Source of the DNA: Balanoglossus misakiensis
Taxonomy: Eukaryota; Animalia; Hemichordata
NCBI GenBank assembly: GCA_040954595.2
Contig: CM082583.2
Span: forward strand, 5,206,849 to 5,270,848
Direction: 5' to 3'
DNA length: 64,000 nt
Below the pieces are notes generated by a model, which had not been told where the DNA came from, did no database searches, and saw only the letters and a list, made by a program, of their open reading frames with translations. How positions within the stretch are numbered: the stretch's first letter is position 1; the number at the start of each line of letters is the position of its first letter. Both the position numbers and the translations under genes were made by a program. Positions 11,501-30,200 of this stretch are shown here, in pieces.

Positions 11501-13713
11501 TTAGAAAACGATAAAAAGTTGGGTCATCATGCAGATACATGTACACGAGTTATCAGTGCCTGCTCTCATTTGTATGCAAATTTATGTGTGTAATAAATAC
11601 GCATGAGCAGCGAGAGCTTAGCACTCCATTGGAAGCATGTGGTGAAACATGAAATAGATTTTCAAAGCGATCGTGCCTGACTTTTTGTGATAATAAATGG
11701 AAGGAAAAATAACACATGCTGTCGTAAAGTCGTTAAATATTTTGATCTTTGTCCACGCAAGCATAAATATCATTTTATCAATTAAACTGCGCATGAACAT
11801 TTACATTGTACATGAAAATTGGTCTCCATCCGAGAAGTCAGGATTTTGCTTAACGGGTCACCTATTTCATAATTACATCGTTTGTCTGTGGGAATGTTCT
11901 TTTAAAACCGTATCCGGGCAACAGTGTTAATATATGTAATACCCGATAGATTGGGTTTTGAAGAGTTAATGCGTTTCAACACCAGCTGTGCATTCTGTCA
12001 CGGGATTTTACAGTGCCATCCACGGACGGCATGTGTGCTGAAGTCAGAAACATAAAAATACAAATTGGGGTCAGCGCTAGGAAGAACAGTTCTGGGCATG
12101 CGTGCAATGCCGCTGGAAACAGAACATTCCAGTAGATGCATGATTGTTTGCACTTTCTTCGCAGATAAAGGTCTTTCAAAATTATGTCAGTCTATTGAAT
12201 TACAACGTGAAACAAATAATTTTATCAAAAACTGATTTCTTGTGAAATTACAATAATGAACAAACCTGTAGTTCATTTTGACACGGAAGATACGTATTGG
12301 CCATACTTTGGAGCGATCATATAATCCGTGTCGCTGTGAATTTGGTTAACACTGACATTGTGCATGTCTTGTCCACCAGGCGATTGACGTATGGTTTGCC
12401 ATGTGTTTGGTGTTCGTGGTCCTTGCGTTGATTGAATACGCTGTTGTACATTATCTCTCGTCCAACAAGCTTCGGCTGTGGTTTTACAAAGCACCCAAGT
12501 CGGTGAGCAAGGTAGGGAAATCGAGTCGGGTCTCTCCCAGCTCTATTTTTCTTTCTTTCTGTTAGTCTGTCTGTCTGTCTGGCTGTTTGCTTGTCTGTCT
12601 GTCCGCTGCATGTCTGTCTGTCTGTCTCTGTTTCTCTCTCTCTCTGCCTGTCTGTTTGTCTCTTCGTCCGCAGTCTGTCTGTCCATCCGACCGACTCTGG
12701 CGTGTCCTCTGTGTCGGTTGTCTGTTTTTAAAAGATAATCATCTTATTATCGCAGAGTAAGCAGTAATTCCTCCAGTGTTTAATCAAATTAACCTCAGCG
12801 ACGCCACATGACAATATGCATCATTAAACATTTAATTAAAATACATGAATACGCCCGGGGTACAATTAATACAATTAATACAATTAAACGCAAGCAAAAT
12901 TTAATAAAAGTAAAATTAATGTTTTCGGTTACATAAACCCATATTTACTTTTCGCAGAAATTGGCTATATTTTTGAAGCCTGAAGTTTCACCACAATTTA
13001 ATTGGTTTAATAAGTCTTATTAATTACAAATGAAAAATATTTTAACTGACGTAGCACAATTCTGGGAGTAGTGACACAAATCATAATCATTCGGTTGTTT
13101 TTTTAATCTGATGGTGCGCCTATACGGTTTCGCGTACTTCTCAACCACCTGTTGTATTTCGTCTCCTCGTTCAAGATTACATTTCTGTGCACGGACGAAA
13201 TCTGTGATAAATGGCCATGTACAGGTGGTCAAGGATTAGGAATTTACAGGTCCCGTTCCTGTATGCAAATTGTAATTTGATCTACAATTATTTCTGTGCA
13301 TGCAGGAAGAACACCAATCCGGCGACTGTTGCCTGACGTTGACGATCATGAACAGGGCGAATCTGGCGGGAACACCGCAGAAGAAGCAGCAACGTTCCGC
13401 CAGCGACCTCTCCAGGATCAGCAGCGCGCGCAGCAACTCGGTCTCGCCCCAGCAGGACGACGCCACCACCCAGCGACTGAAGATCCTTGGCAACTGCAGT
13501 CGCAAGCCGGAGGCCGTGTACGACACCGGCAAGAAGATCGACTACTTCTGTCGGGCGGCCTTTCCGCTGGCCTTCATCATCTTCAATATCGGATACTGGC
13601 TTTACTACACGGGGTCGGCCGAGAGCGAAGAGTTGCACTTTCAGGAGCACCATCTCATCGCGGACGGCGCCGCGGAGACTGCGGGGAACCCGGAAATTCT
13701 GGCGGAAGAGTGA
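5571..13713 (+). CDS. Cys-loop ligand-gated chloride channel subunit A (glycine receptor alpha-like), 475 aa; exons 5571-5626, 6729-6820, 8507-8577, 8943-9160, 9498-9580, 9996-10133, 10485-10714, 12380-12511, 13306-13713
   Basis: Signal peptide [19 protein letters not shown]; YDKRIRP; [12 protein letters not shown]; [11 protein letters not shown]; Cys-loop [15 protein letters not shown]; second disulfide [12 protein letters not shown]; M1 [13 protein letters not shown]; anion-type M2 [16 protein letters not shown]; M3 [12 protein letters not shown]; M4 [13 protein letters not shown]. All introns are GT-AG with matching phases; total 1428 nt. Confidence 0.95.
12565..12682. repeat. Degenerate (TCTG)n/(TC)n microsatellite in channel A intron 8
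   Basis: Visible TCTG reiterations. Confidence 0.8.
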
Positions 13714-13815
13714 ATATAATTGTACCCGTGGTACAATACGCACCGATAGTTGAAAACTATAGGACAGACATAATAGTTTAGGCCTAAGTAAATGGGAAGT
13801 CTTTCTGAGTATTGA

Positions 13816-13870
13816 CCCTTTCACCACCACGGTTTGGTCCAAATTCAATGGCATTTTACAGTAGAGGCCT
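13816..13870. mobile_element. Left end of the same MITE family (3' of channel A)
   Basis: ttga-CCCTTTCACCACCAcggtttGGTCCAAAT shares the TIR and the internal GTCCAAAT and GTAGAGG words with the 19701 copy; no right TIR is visible. Confidence 0.45.
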
Positions 13871-14594
13871 GTGAGTAGATGATAGCTTTTATAGTGTTTA
13901 GTGTTTTAGCGTTCAAGTCGTCTACGTCAATAAAAGAAGTAGTAAATTTGTGAACGACGCTAGGAATCAATCCCCCCAAAGTCTAGTACGAAATTACCAC
14001 ATGTACCAGGAGCTCAGTTATGTACATCTGATGCATGTTGGGTGGTGAGATGAAGTCACTAATTAAACACACGCCGCACAACTTCTGAAGTGAAAAACCA
14101 ATACTCGTACGTTCGCAAAAAAAACATAAGTACGAGGGGGTGGGTTTTTACACGTACAGTATAATAATTAGGCCGTCTAGTGTAAAATAGTATTGTGATA
14201 TTATTTGACATTTCATTCCATAACGTCACGGTACAATAATTGGAACTGTCATATAGGTCAAGTCACAAATGGACAGAACGCATGGGAGTGATCAACGGTG
14301 CGTGTAGTTTATAATTGGCCTAGCCTACCTCAGAGTCCGTAGATCGACCCATCATCAGTATTACTATTTTTTAGTGTCTTCGCGACGCGTCCGTGCGAAG
14401 ATATTTCTGATACGGCCGTATCAAAGTGTGAGAACACATTTTCTTGCAGCTGTGAGTTTGGTAAATAAAGTTGAAATGGGCGCTATTAATAACCGTTGTC
14501 GTTTTTGAGTGTGAATACCATTAAATGCATACAGTAGCTCCAATATCGATGACGATGACGCAAACCAGCCACAGCTACACATATCAATCGTAGA

Positions 14595-14619
14595 GGGCGG
14601 GCTATATAACCCGGAAGTG
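14595..14619 (+). promoter_or_regulatory. RIOK2 proximal promoter: GC box, TATA-like and ETS/GABP motifs
   Basis: GGGCGGG (14595-14601), TATATAA (14603-14609) and CCGGAAGTG (14611-14619) are clustered 80-110 bp upstream of the ATG, as is typical of housekeeping promoters. Confidence 0.55.
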
Positions 14620-14701
14620 TTTTTAAGGTCACACATGTGGGGACGGCTGAGAGAATTTCACGATCGCGAATAGTTACTGTTAACGTGGATATATCAGGAA
14701 A

Positions 14702-20535
<5,834 letters not shown>

Positions 20536-21017
20536 GCTGCCTGACTTATTAGTTCCGGGAAATGAGATGTGATAGTTCCGGGAAAATGATGACTGAGAGG
20601 AATTAACTGAATTACACTTGTCATCCGAGTACATTAAATAATTCCAGTTATCTTAATAACCCCGGATCTTAAATATATAACGTCTGGCAGGTTCTGTTGT
20701 TTGACGTAAACACAGTGCAACTGTCGGGTGGCACCTTTGCAACTGTTAACTGTTTAAAACAACTGGCACATTGTGTGTGCACACCAATCCACACTACCAT
20801 GCTTGTATGAAGGCGTAAATAAATCATATTTTATTAACGTAAACTTCACCTGGTCTTTTTTCATACAAATGATTTCAATCTATAAATGTGTACATAAACT
20901 AGATTCCAATCGTAAATTTATAAACTATATCTCAATCATACATTTGTACATAAACATAATTGTGCCATCACTGAAAAAAACAAAGATTCTGTGAACAGGT
21001 AAAATATACTTCAAAAA

Positions 21018-21097
21018 CTTTTTCCAACACTTTGGTCCAAATTATTTGTTAACAATAATAACCTTGGACCAGCTCACTGGAAAATGGGGTGAAAGGG
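21018..21097. mobile_element. Degenerate copy of the same MITE family
   Basis: Internal tttGGTCCAAAT and an intact right end TGGGGTGAAAGGG-TTAA; the left end is decayed. Confidence 0.5.
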
Positions 21098-22625
21098 TTA
21101 ATGTCTGTAAAATTTATTGATTTAAAAAACATCAATTATAATTGTACTTCATATTTTCCATCTACATGGAAGTATACATCACGATCAAAACCACAGCACA
21201 TAACCAAAAACACAGAAGCATTGTACGGGCTACGTGCACACTATGAAGAAGTTTACAGAACCAAAGATTAATATCTAAACTGCTGTGTTCTCCACTTCGA
21301 GGAATAGTTGATATACCTACTATAATCTCCTATTAAAAGATGTGAAAATTACAACTTTGTATACACACTGCGCACAAGTTCAACATGCTTTGATCATGAT
21401 CTCGGTGCATGACAGTTATAGTTTATGAATTTGTATGAGCGTTAAATCTACAAATCTCGCCTCTTTCAAGTGCACAGTGATGGCCTTCATCAATACAACT
21501 GACTATGAAACTAGCACCTTCATTCTGTAATATGTTACATCCTTTTTTTATAACTATCTGTATTGCATAGACTATTATATTTTACCTACAGAATGACCAC
21601 ACAAACTTAACTAAGAGTTATTAAATCTGCATTAATTCTATACACAAAATATACACGGTTTACATCAACATACATATAATGTTATGTGCAAGGTACGTAT
21701 GGTCAACACTCATTGTTTGAAATGACGGTACATTTAGAAGTGAAAACTGTACCAGGCCATTTCGTCATATAAAATAAATGTTCTTATACTCATAATGTTG
21801 TGTACATTGTCTAACGGATAGATTATTGTTCAAGAGAGTCTCACTAAATGATAATCTGATGACGGGGTGTCTAAAGGTGTTTTACTCCAGAGTAAAACGC
21901 TGGTGCTCGATGAATTCATCACCTATTTCCGTTGTTGCATTACTTAACCAATGCACGTAGCGGCCCGCTGCTGTTATACGCTGTAGCTGCAGGCTGACCA
22001 CAAAAATTAGCGAAATCCCTACTGATGGGTGTTCTGTGCGTGGCGGGCCACCATCGGGCTGGGCCACCATAATAGTACATTTGTTATAGTTAACCTATTC
22101 ACCGCTAACCTACATTTCAACGACGGCATTCTCTCTTCACGGGGGACACCTTTGCCCGCCTGGGGGCTCTTTGAGATCGTCTGTGACAGCCACGCCATCA
22201 TGCATGCCTTTTAGTAATTTATCGAATCGCAACATATGGCTGTCAGCTACTTTTCTCCACTCGACCGAAATTCCCGGAGACGAGTGGGGAAAGTGTGTGA
22301 ATAGAAGCATATGGCGACAGGCCTCCCACGCGCATGTTTGTAGATCACTTGCACCGTGTTACACCTCTTCACAGGAACCTTGCGAATTAAGAAGTTAGAG
22401 AGCGTATTTCAGTTTTATTTCTTGCAAACCCCGTGATCTTTTTATATATGTATTAAAGACCCCCGGGGCATGTTTTCCGCCGACTGATTATTACATCATG
22501 ATCTTGGAGTCTGGGCCAGATGTCGGATCCCAGATGTCTACTGGCCAGGAGAAAGAGCCACCTGACGAGGCAACGGTTTCTGCAGGATTGCCGAGAAAGA
22601 CACTCGTTGCTCCCGCCACTACAAA

Positions 22626-25600
22626 CTACTTCATCTTGTAATAAGTCCAGTATCCAATATTGAACAGCACAAATGCGCAAGGAAACGCTGCCCGGCACAC
22701 TTTGTCTATGTTCTTGCCCGTGTCATAGACCGCTTCGGGTTTCCGACTGCAGTTTCCACGGATCCACACCCTTCCCTCTTCTGCTGCCACAGCGGAATTC
22801 AATTCGACGTTGTCCAGGTGGATGTTCGGCGGCTTATCCCGTGCGCCGTTGGCGTGATGCGATGCCGTGGCGGCCAGGCCCGACCGGTCGATGATGGACA
22901 GACTAACGCAGCACTCGCCCGTGTATTTCTCGGCCTTATGTCGAAAAGAAAAGGAAAATGTCAGTTTATGCATACTTTGGAAGCAAAAACACCGTAATTG
23001 ATTCAAAAAAACTAAAATACTCCATCTGGTGATGTGCGCGTTTCTCAAAACAAAATGTCGGCCTGGCGGTCAGTCCAGTTCGTTTTCCGTCGAATGGTAA
23101 ATGGTACAATTGAAATAAAATTGGACAAAGTCAGAGTTGGCCAGCGGCTTCATAGAGAATTCAAAATTTCACCAGAAGGCATTTCACCACACTTAGTACG
23201 AGAGCAACTTGAAAATTGTCTAGCCTTTCAATATTTCCAATGAAGACATATGGTGTTTCACAGTCACCTCTCCAGACTTAACGGATTTCATAGCAGTGTC
23301 AGTGCATTGGCATGTAAAGCCGCAGGGCTGTCATATTTAATAGTGATTGACGAAAACACTTTTGTGTGATTGAAAAAAAATGTGGAGCTAGTTTTGCTAA
23401 TACCAATTACTTTCCCTTCGCCACAGAATAAATCACCCACTTGACTTGGGAATAAAGGGGCATTTCAGGAAATTGCGGCAGACAGGATATACGCTGACCT
23501 ACTTCACGAGAGGTCGGCGGCCATTTTGAATACAACGGATATTACCTGCACACGGAAACACAAGAAGTACGTACTAGCGACGACATGGAAACATGAGCAA
23601 ATTTAAGCGAAAAAACTCTTTGGTTTACCTTTTGGACTTTCGACGGTGATCTGTGACGCCACAGGCGAAGTTTGTTCGTCGACAGATAATGAACGATGGC
23701 ATATTCGATGAGAGAGCCCACTACGAAGAATAGACACATGGCAAACCATACATCAATAGCCTGCGGATTTAATACATAAAACGGAAATTATTAAACACAT
23801 AACGACGCGTATGAATCTAATATACCAATCTCGATTTCAAAAAAAAAATTGAAATTAATTCTCGACCCTTTTGTCAAAGAATGTCGATTCTTTTCCACAA
23901 TAAGAAAGAACGAGTTTAAAATCGAAATGATCTCGTATACGGATGGAAACTTTGCTGAAACAAAATGGCGTCAGAGGTGACTGATGTGCATGTACCTTGA
24001 TGTAGGATACATGCGGTAGGTCCTCTCGCACTCCGTTCAGCGTCGTGATCATGGTCAACACGCTGGTAATGCCCAGGGCAACGCGAGACGGCGCCGATTT
24101 GATGTCGATCCAAAAGGAAACCCAGGACAGGACGATGAGCAGAATACTCGGCACGTAAGTCTGCAGCAGGTAGTAGCCCAACTCTCGGTCCAGGTTGAAC
24201 GCGATACCAATGCACGTGTACGATCCTGCAGTTGACAATGTTTAACAAACACTTATACTAGTTATACGACAAGACAAATATCAATGTTTTGTTATTGTTC
24301 TAACTATAGAGCAATCCGTTTGCGGCAATGGGGGACCGGTAATGTTAGAAAGGAGGTCAGAATATACATCGTTGACGTTGACATAAGGAGTAGGGAATAT
24401 AATTTTTAAATATACGTTGATAGGTAGCTAGTTGAACGAGTAAAAAATTCGAAATAACCAGATCTGATCAAAGTACTGAAAATGTTCGATATTGAAAATA
24501 TGCCATATATCTTTATAAATTTGTACATTTTCTTGTATTATGTCAGACTAAGTGGGCACGTGGATTTGGACGTTATTGATCAAAACACATTTTTTCTTTA
24601 TGCCTTTGTGAGATCAGGCAAACGTGTCGACTTTTTTTTACATTCCAGGAATGTACACATGCGGAAGCGTGACCTGCACGACGCCCAAAATATTCACAAC
24701 AATCAGTTACGCCGTATGTTAATACTACCGTACGAAAATAGTTTACTTCAGAACTATATTTTTTAGACAAGATGGATCTCGTCTGTGTTGTCGATTATAT
24801 GACCACGAGTTAAAAAGGGAACAATGCTTTCAAAAGGGTGCAATAATCTAACCCACCGGTGCTCAGAGTTTTAGTGCAATTATTGACAGTCGTGTCTCGG
24901 AAGTTGTACTGAGGTAGCTTGAGGTGACCTTGACTGAACTCGGCTGGTTCGTCTTCGACCCACTGGAACACCAAGTCCCTCACTGTATACTGAACTGCAA
25001 CACAAATCACGAAGGAGTACACGACGTGGAAATAAATTTGAATACTTGTATGTTATAAGAAATTATATATTTGGTAGGATTCGACATATTACGTGTGCTT
25101 TGTGCCATGAACGCACGCACGCTCAGACACACGGACCGATGCGACATCAGCACCCGTTTGCGAACACCGGAGTCAAAATGATCACAAATAATTAGTATAA
25201 TCCTTAGCTAAGTGTTCGTCATATAATATGTATCTCAACATACGTGCCGCACATCTCAATACATGCAGTTGGCTAAGGTGAACAGTTCAAATGGGCTTCG
25301 AAAAGTACCAGTGAGTTCTGTCGCTTTATTTTTAGCATGACGCTTTCATCTACCGCCTGATGAGTTTAATTTTGCAATTCTTAAATGGATGTTAACTTTA
25401 GAGAAAAAAACAGTCACAGATGTTTATTATCGGGCGCATCAAATTCAAGCAGGTTTTTTAAAATCTTCATGCACATTACGTGCGCGATTTGTTGTCATTT
25501 TCCACCACTTTCGTGTTTGGTAATATTTATTTAAGAAAGGTATTGATTTTCGCCACTAAATCTGTTTAAAAACGTCACCCTCCTCAAACTACTTGTATGT

Positions 25601-27136
25601 ACAACATCACGAGTTTGAATATTCAACACATGGCAGCTTTTAACGGTGCACGGTGATCAAAATTGTACATCAGAGACAAGGCGTCCAAAACTCACAACTC
25701 TCAACTTCGAGTCCGCACTGCTGTTCGTCCATCGGGAACTTGTGGAAATCCATGTCGCAGTGAAGCGTCAAACTGATCCTGGTTACACAGATTGCGTGAA
25801 AACAGAAACATGAGAAATGATGGTAAATACAGATAAATTCAACGAATTGTATTGCCCACCACCGGGAACAGATACTATCCACGTGCGTCATGCATTTTGT
25901 AATCGTGGTCACCATCTTCAGCGGCACCGTTTCGCCAACAGTGCATGCACGTTTCCGGCCGGACACACCGCCCCCGCCATGGTCCCGTTTTTATCTCGCA
26001 CAAGATTTTAGATGGTCGGGAAAATGTATGGCACATAAATAGAACAGGCCAACAACGTTTCGGGTTCAAAAAATGTCATATTCTCCTGGAGAAAGAGATA
26101 CTGGTAGCCTGATTTTTTAAAAAAGTAACCTAATGCCAGAGACAGCTGCGCTGTAATACATGTACAATATGAGAACACGCGTGCAAAAAATGCGCCGAAA
26201 ATTTCACCAGGGTTTGGACAAACTTTACTTACGTCACCCATAGGTACATGCATACCAAATTCCTAGACTTTTTTTACCAAAAAAATGGCAAAAAATGCCA
26301 AAATGGCTGCTACGACCGTCTTCACAAAAACAATGCAAACGTTTAGCCGCCATGCACGCAGTTGAATGTAGTCAAGAAAGAGATTTCACCTGGAACTGTA
26401 CCAGATGGATCCATTCGGACTAATGTCGACGACCCTGTTGTCTGTTGTTATCACATGCGCCAGAGCCTTCCTCTCATTGCCGAACATCAGGTCGGGCACC
26501 CATATCCGGTCCGCCAGGAAGTTGCTGGGAGGAAGTTGTCGGGAGTCGTTGTAGGTCAGTCTGGGGTCATCCCACATCTGCCTCAGGTAGATGGTGAAGC
26601 TGTAACTCTGACAATGGATACACGGAATAGCGACTCAGAGCGATGTTGTGTTGAAAAAGACTATAGTACTTACAGTAAACGAAAAGACCGGTTCGTTTTC
26701 TCAATTCTGGTATAAATACAAGCGTGCGACCAACTCTTTGTGATTCCACTAAACGCTGTAACACTTGGCTGTTTTATTAATCATTTTTCTGGTAGAATAA
26801 TAGTGCGCCCGATTCTTCGTATAGTTTCGTGATTTGTGTACTTATCTTACGAAACTTACCATCTCTGATTCGGCAATATCGTCAAAACTTGCCATGTACA
26901 ACTGCAGGGTGACAGAAACAGGTTCGCTACCTAGGCAGTGGATAAAACAATGTGTTAGAAAGCATGTCTAACTGAATTATGCATACATACATACATACAT
27001 ACATGCATACATACATACATACATACATACATACATACATACATACATACATACATACATACATACATACATACATACATACATACATACATACATACAT
27101 ACATACATACATACATACATACATACATACATACAT

Positions 27137-27167
<31 letters not shown>

Positions 27168-27188
27168 TACATACACACACACATACAT

Positions 27189-27219
<31 letters not shown>

Positions 27220-30200
27220 TACACACACACACACACTTATAAAACACTTCTAAATATTTCTTTCAGTAACATAATGACTATAATAGGATCTTACTTCCAT
27301 AGTTTGGACGTATTCTCTTATCATAGCCAGCTATCAGGTCGTCGAACAACTGGATGGAGTCCTCTTCGAGCGCACTGTAGAGAGCAAAAGAAGCGTGATT
27401 AACATGCATTCATCGCCACCAGTGAAGTAAGAGACACGCTGTGACGGTGTGTCGACTGTCTCCATGGATACAATACATCTGTTTTAATTGTGTCAAGTTC
27501 GTGTGATGGGAGATAAAAAATCTTGCCGTGGCCACCTACCGACAAGTATTTGATAATCAAAGCTGTCGCTGCGGGTTTATTTTTTTTAGCCGTAGGATGC
27601 CACTGTGGAGAAGGCAAAACTAATTTGCTCACAAACTGACAATTGATGCATTGCGTATCAGTCTCAGAACCCCGGAGGTGGCATCATCTTCACGTTATTT
27701 TCACGATTTTAGTTTCATACAAATAGTACTGTCCCTTATTTTCGCCCAATTTGTTGTCTTTTCCCGAACTACGTCTCAGACTATGGTCGCCGCCATCTTG
27801 TCTGCTGTTAGGACAGCACAGTACATTATGGCATTGAACGTATACATTTTTTGTAACCAGAGTCTCTGGTTTGGCACATGCGCATAAAACGATCATCGAC
27901 CTTTAATAAAACAGGCAAAATCCCCCGTTGCTTTCGAACACCACACGCCCCGTTTTTATTTTTCAATGTTTATTTTTTTCGGAGACAGGAAGGATTTTTT
28001 TGTAAATGATAAAAAGCAAAGTTAACACACAAAACGCGAAGAGCTGATCAGGTAGCTGCTATGTTTTATCCCTGATTTGGATATGACGAAAATTGTATTT
28101 AAAATTAGCGATCTGATACTATCGGTGACATCCTGTTTCTTTGTGCTCTTAGTTTTCGCTATCGACGGTTCCATGCCTTGTATGAAGGGATTTAGCGCAT
28201 CGATCGCCATATGTTACGATGGGCGCTACAGAAATCAAACCAGATTTGCTTTCATTGCTATGGTAACTATCAACTTAAAGCATAGCAACCCGTCGTCGAT
28301 GTTAAGAGTATTATATATGTTTTCGGATTGTACAACATTCCGGGAGGATCTCATCCATTGTGCCGCGTACGGCTTGAGTTTGGTCTGCGTGATAATATGA
28401 ATGTTGTCTATACCGCATCAAAAATTAGAAGATCAAACACGATATAAGATCTATAGTAATGTTACACACTTCTTTTTTTACAAATTTTGAATCGTATGTG
28501 GGTCAACCTACCTATTTGTATATTCGCAATCTCTCAATCTAACTCATATTTTTCGAACCTTGAGTTTCAGAAGAGTTTGTGGGTCAACTCTCCAGAACGC
28601 AGTCGTCAAAGAATAAAAGAATATGCACTTTGCCAGCTGTATACGTTTTAAAGGTTGACCAACAAAGACATTTGTTTCAATTCTAGGCTTGTACGCCAGC
28701 ATTTGTAAACGCCTCGTTCAGTTTTTGCCACCAACTCACGTTCCTGCGTGTGGTAACTACGGTAACGCGTCTGTGAGCTTACAAGATACAGACATCGTTA
28801 GACAAGATGCCGAGGATTTTCCCCCAAAGGCATCAGTTCTGTGAACTTTTGAAGGACTGATAAATTATAAATTATCGGAATTCTGTCGATGATGGCGCTT
28901 TTTAACCCCCTTTTAAATCAAACACTTGAATTACAGCTAACCTTTCGCTAAAGGGCTTTCGGTGTCGTCATCATCATTATTATTATTATTATTATCATTA
29001 TTACATTTCGTTGATTTGTAAAAGAACTACAAAAATTTATTTACTCGACATCTATGTCGCTCTGCCAATAAAAATCCCGAGGAACGATATTTTCCAAACG
29101 TCGAATGAGGAAAATTGACTGTTCATATTTTATATGGCAGCAATAGAAGTAAAGCTATGCAAATGAATCCTCACGTTCATTTAATATAACCCTGACCTTG
29201 GATGGAAATCTGCATGCTGTACAGCGAGCTCCGTTTACGTGAGCGTTGCTCATTTCAGTGAAAGGGGGTCGCTATGGCCGTTGCTAAGGGAAAACAGAGT
29301 GACGCACGGTATGCATGCTGTCCACGTAATTGGACACTAGCAAACTGGCTATTTCTGTTACCACAGACAAAGAGAAAATGCTGTGCTTTTACATATTTAA
29401 AGTCCCAAACAAAAGAGAATATTCGTCTGCCTGGTCTATTATTGAATATTGAAGGTACGGGGAACAAGTATAAAAGCGGAAAGGGGGAAATGTATGCAAT
29501 TGTGCAATTTGTTCTCGGACAAACCCAAGGTTGTATGCAACTTAGAGTGATTGGAAAGACCTATCAATTGACAACATAATAAAAACAATTATCTTCCACT
29601 TTGCGGTTAACATTTGTACACTATTGTTGTTGGTTAATGCACTTCTTATATACAATCCGTGTATGAATTGTACTTCGCAGGGTACTGACGGACATTTTGT
29701 TATGATTTCGCCTTTAACAAAACAGTTAGGCCTACGTCGTGCTCCGGTGTAGCGCAAATTAGAGCGAGGCAGATTTTGAAAAGCGAAAGCGGTTTAGTCA
29801 TGATAATGTATACGCATTGCATGACCAGCCACTCGTGGTTGATTGTGGTCTCGAAGTCACCGCCGAAGTTGCTACCAGCATTTCCATGCGTGTGTCGCCG
29901 CCAGTGTCTCGTGTTCTTCTCGCAGCCAGTGGGGATTTAGCTGTGCAGGGCGATCACGAGTCGTGTAATTTTTCTCAAGGCTGAACCGCGAACTCGTTAT
30001 CTAACTCCATACCCGCAGATAGTTGGCGTCATTGAGTGAATTAAAGCCACTAGTATATTGTTGATTTGATACAGCTTTGGCTAAACCGACTGGTCAGAAC
30101 TGGCCGAAGAAAAGTTCATAAATAATTTGTAGTTTTCGCAAGATTTATAAAGGAAAATTTATCTACCTGCCAGCATTTGATCAGGTCGTGACATCAATCT

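Noticed and set aside
13489-13610. Gene conversion as the explanation for near-identical pre-M4/M4 peptides in channels A and B
   Set aside because: Third codon positions differ extensively, so the identity is at protein level only.
26927-27247. MYVC/HTYI repeat ORFs, and SLSL/RERE ORFs at 33481-33866 and 44485-44709
   Set aside because: Translations of microsatellites.
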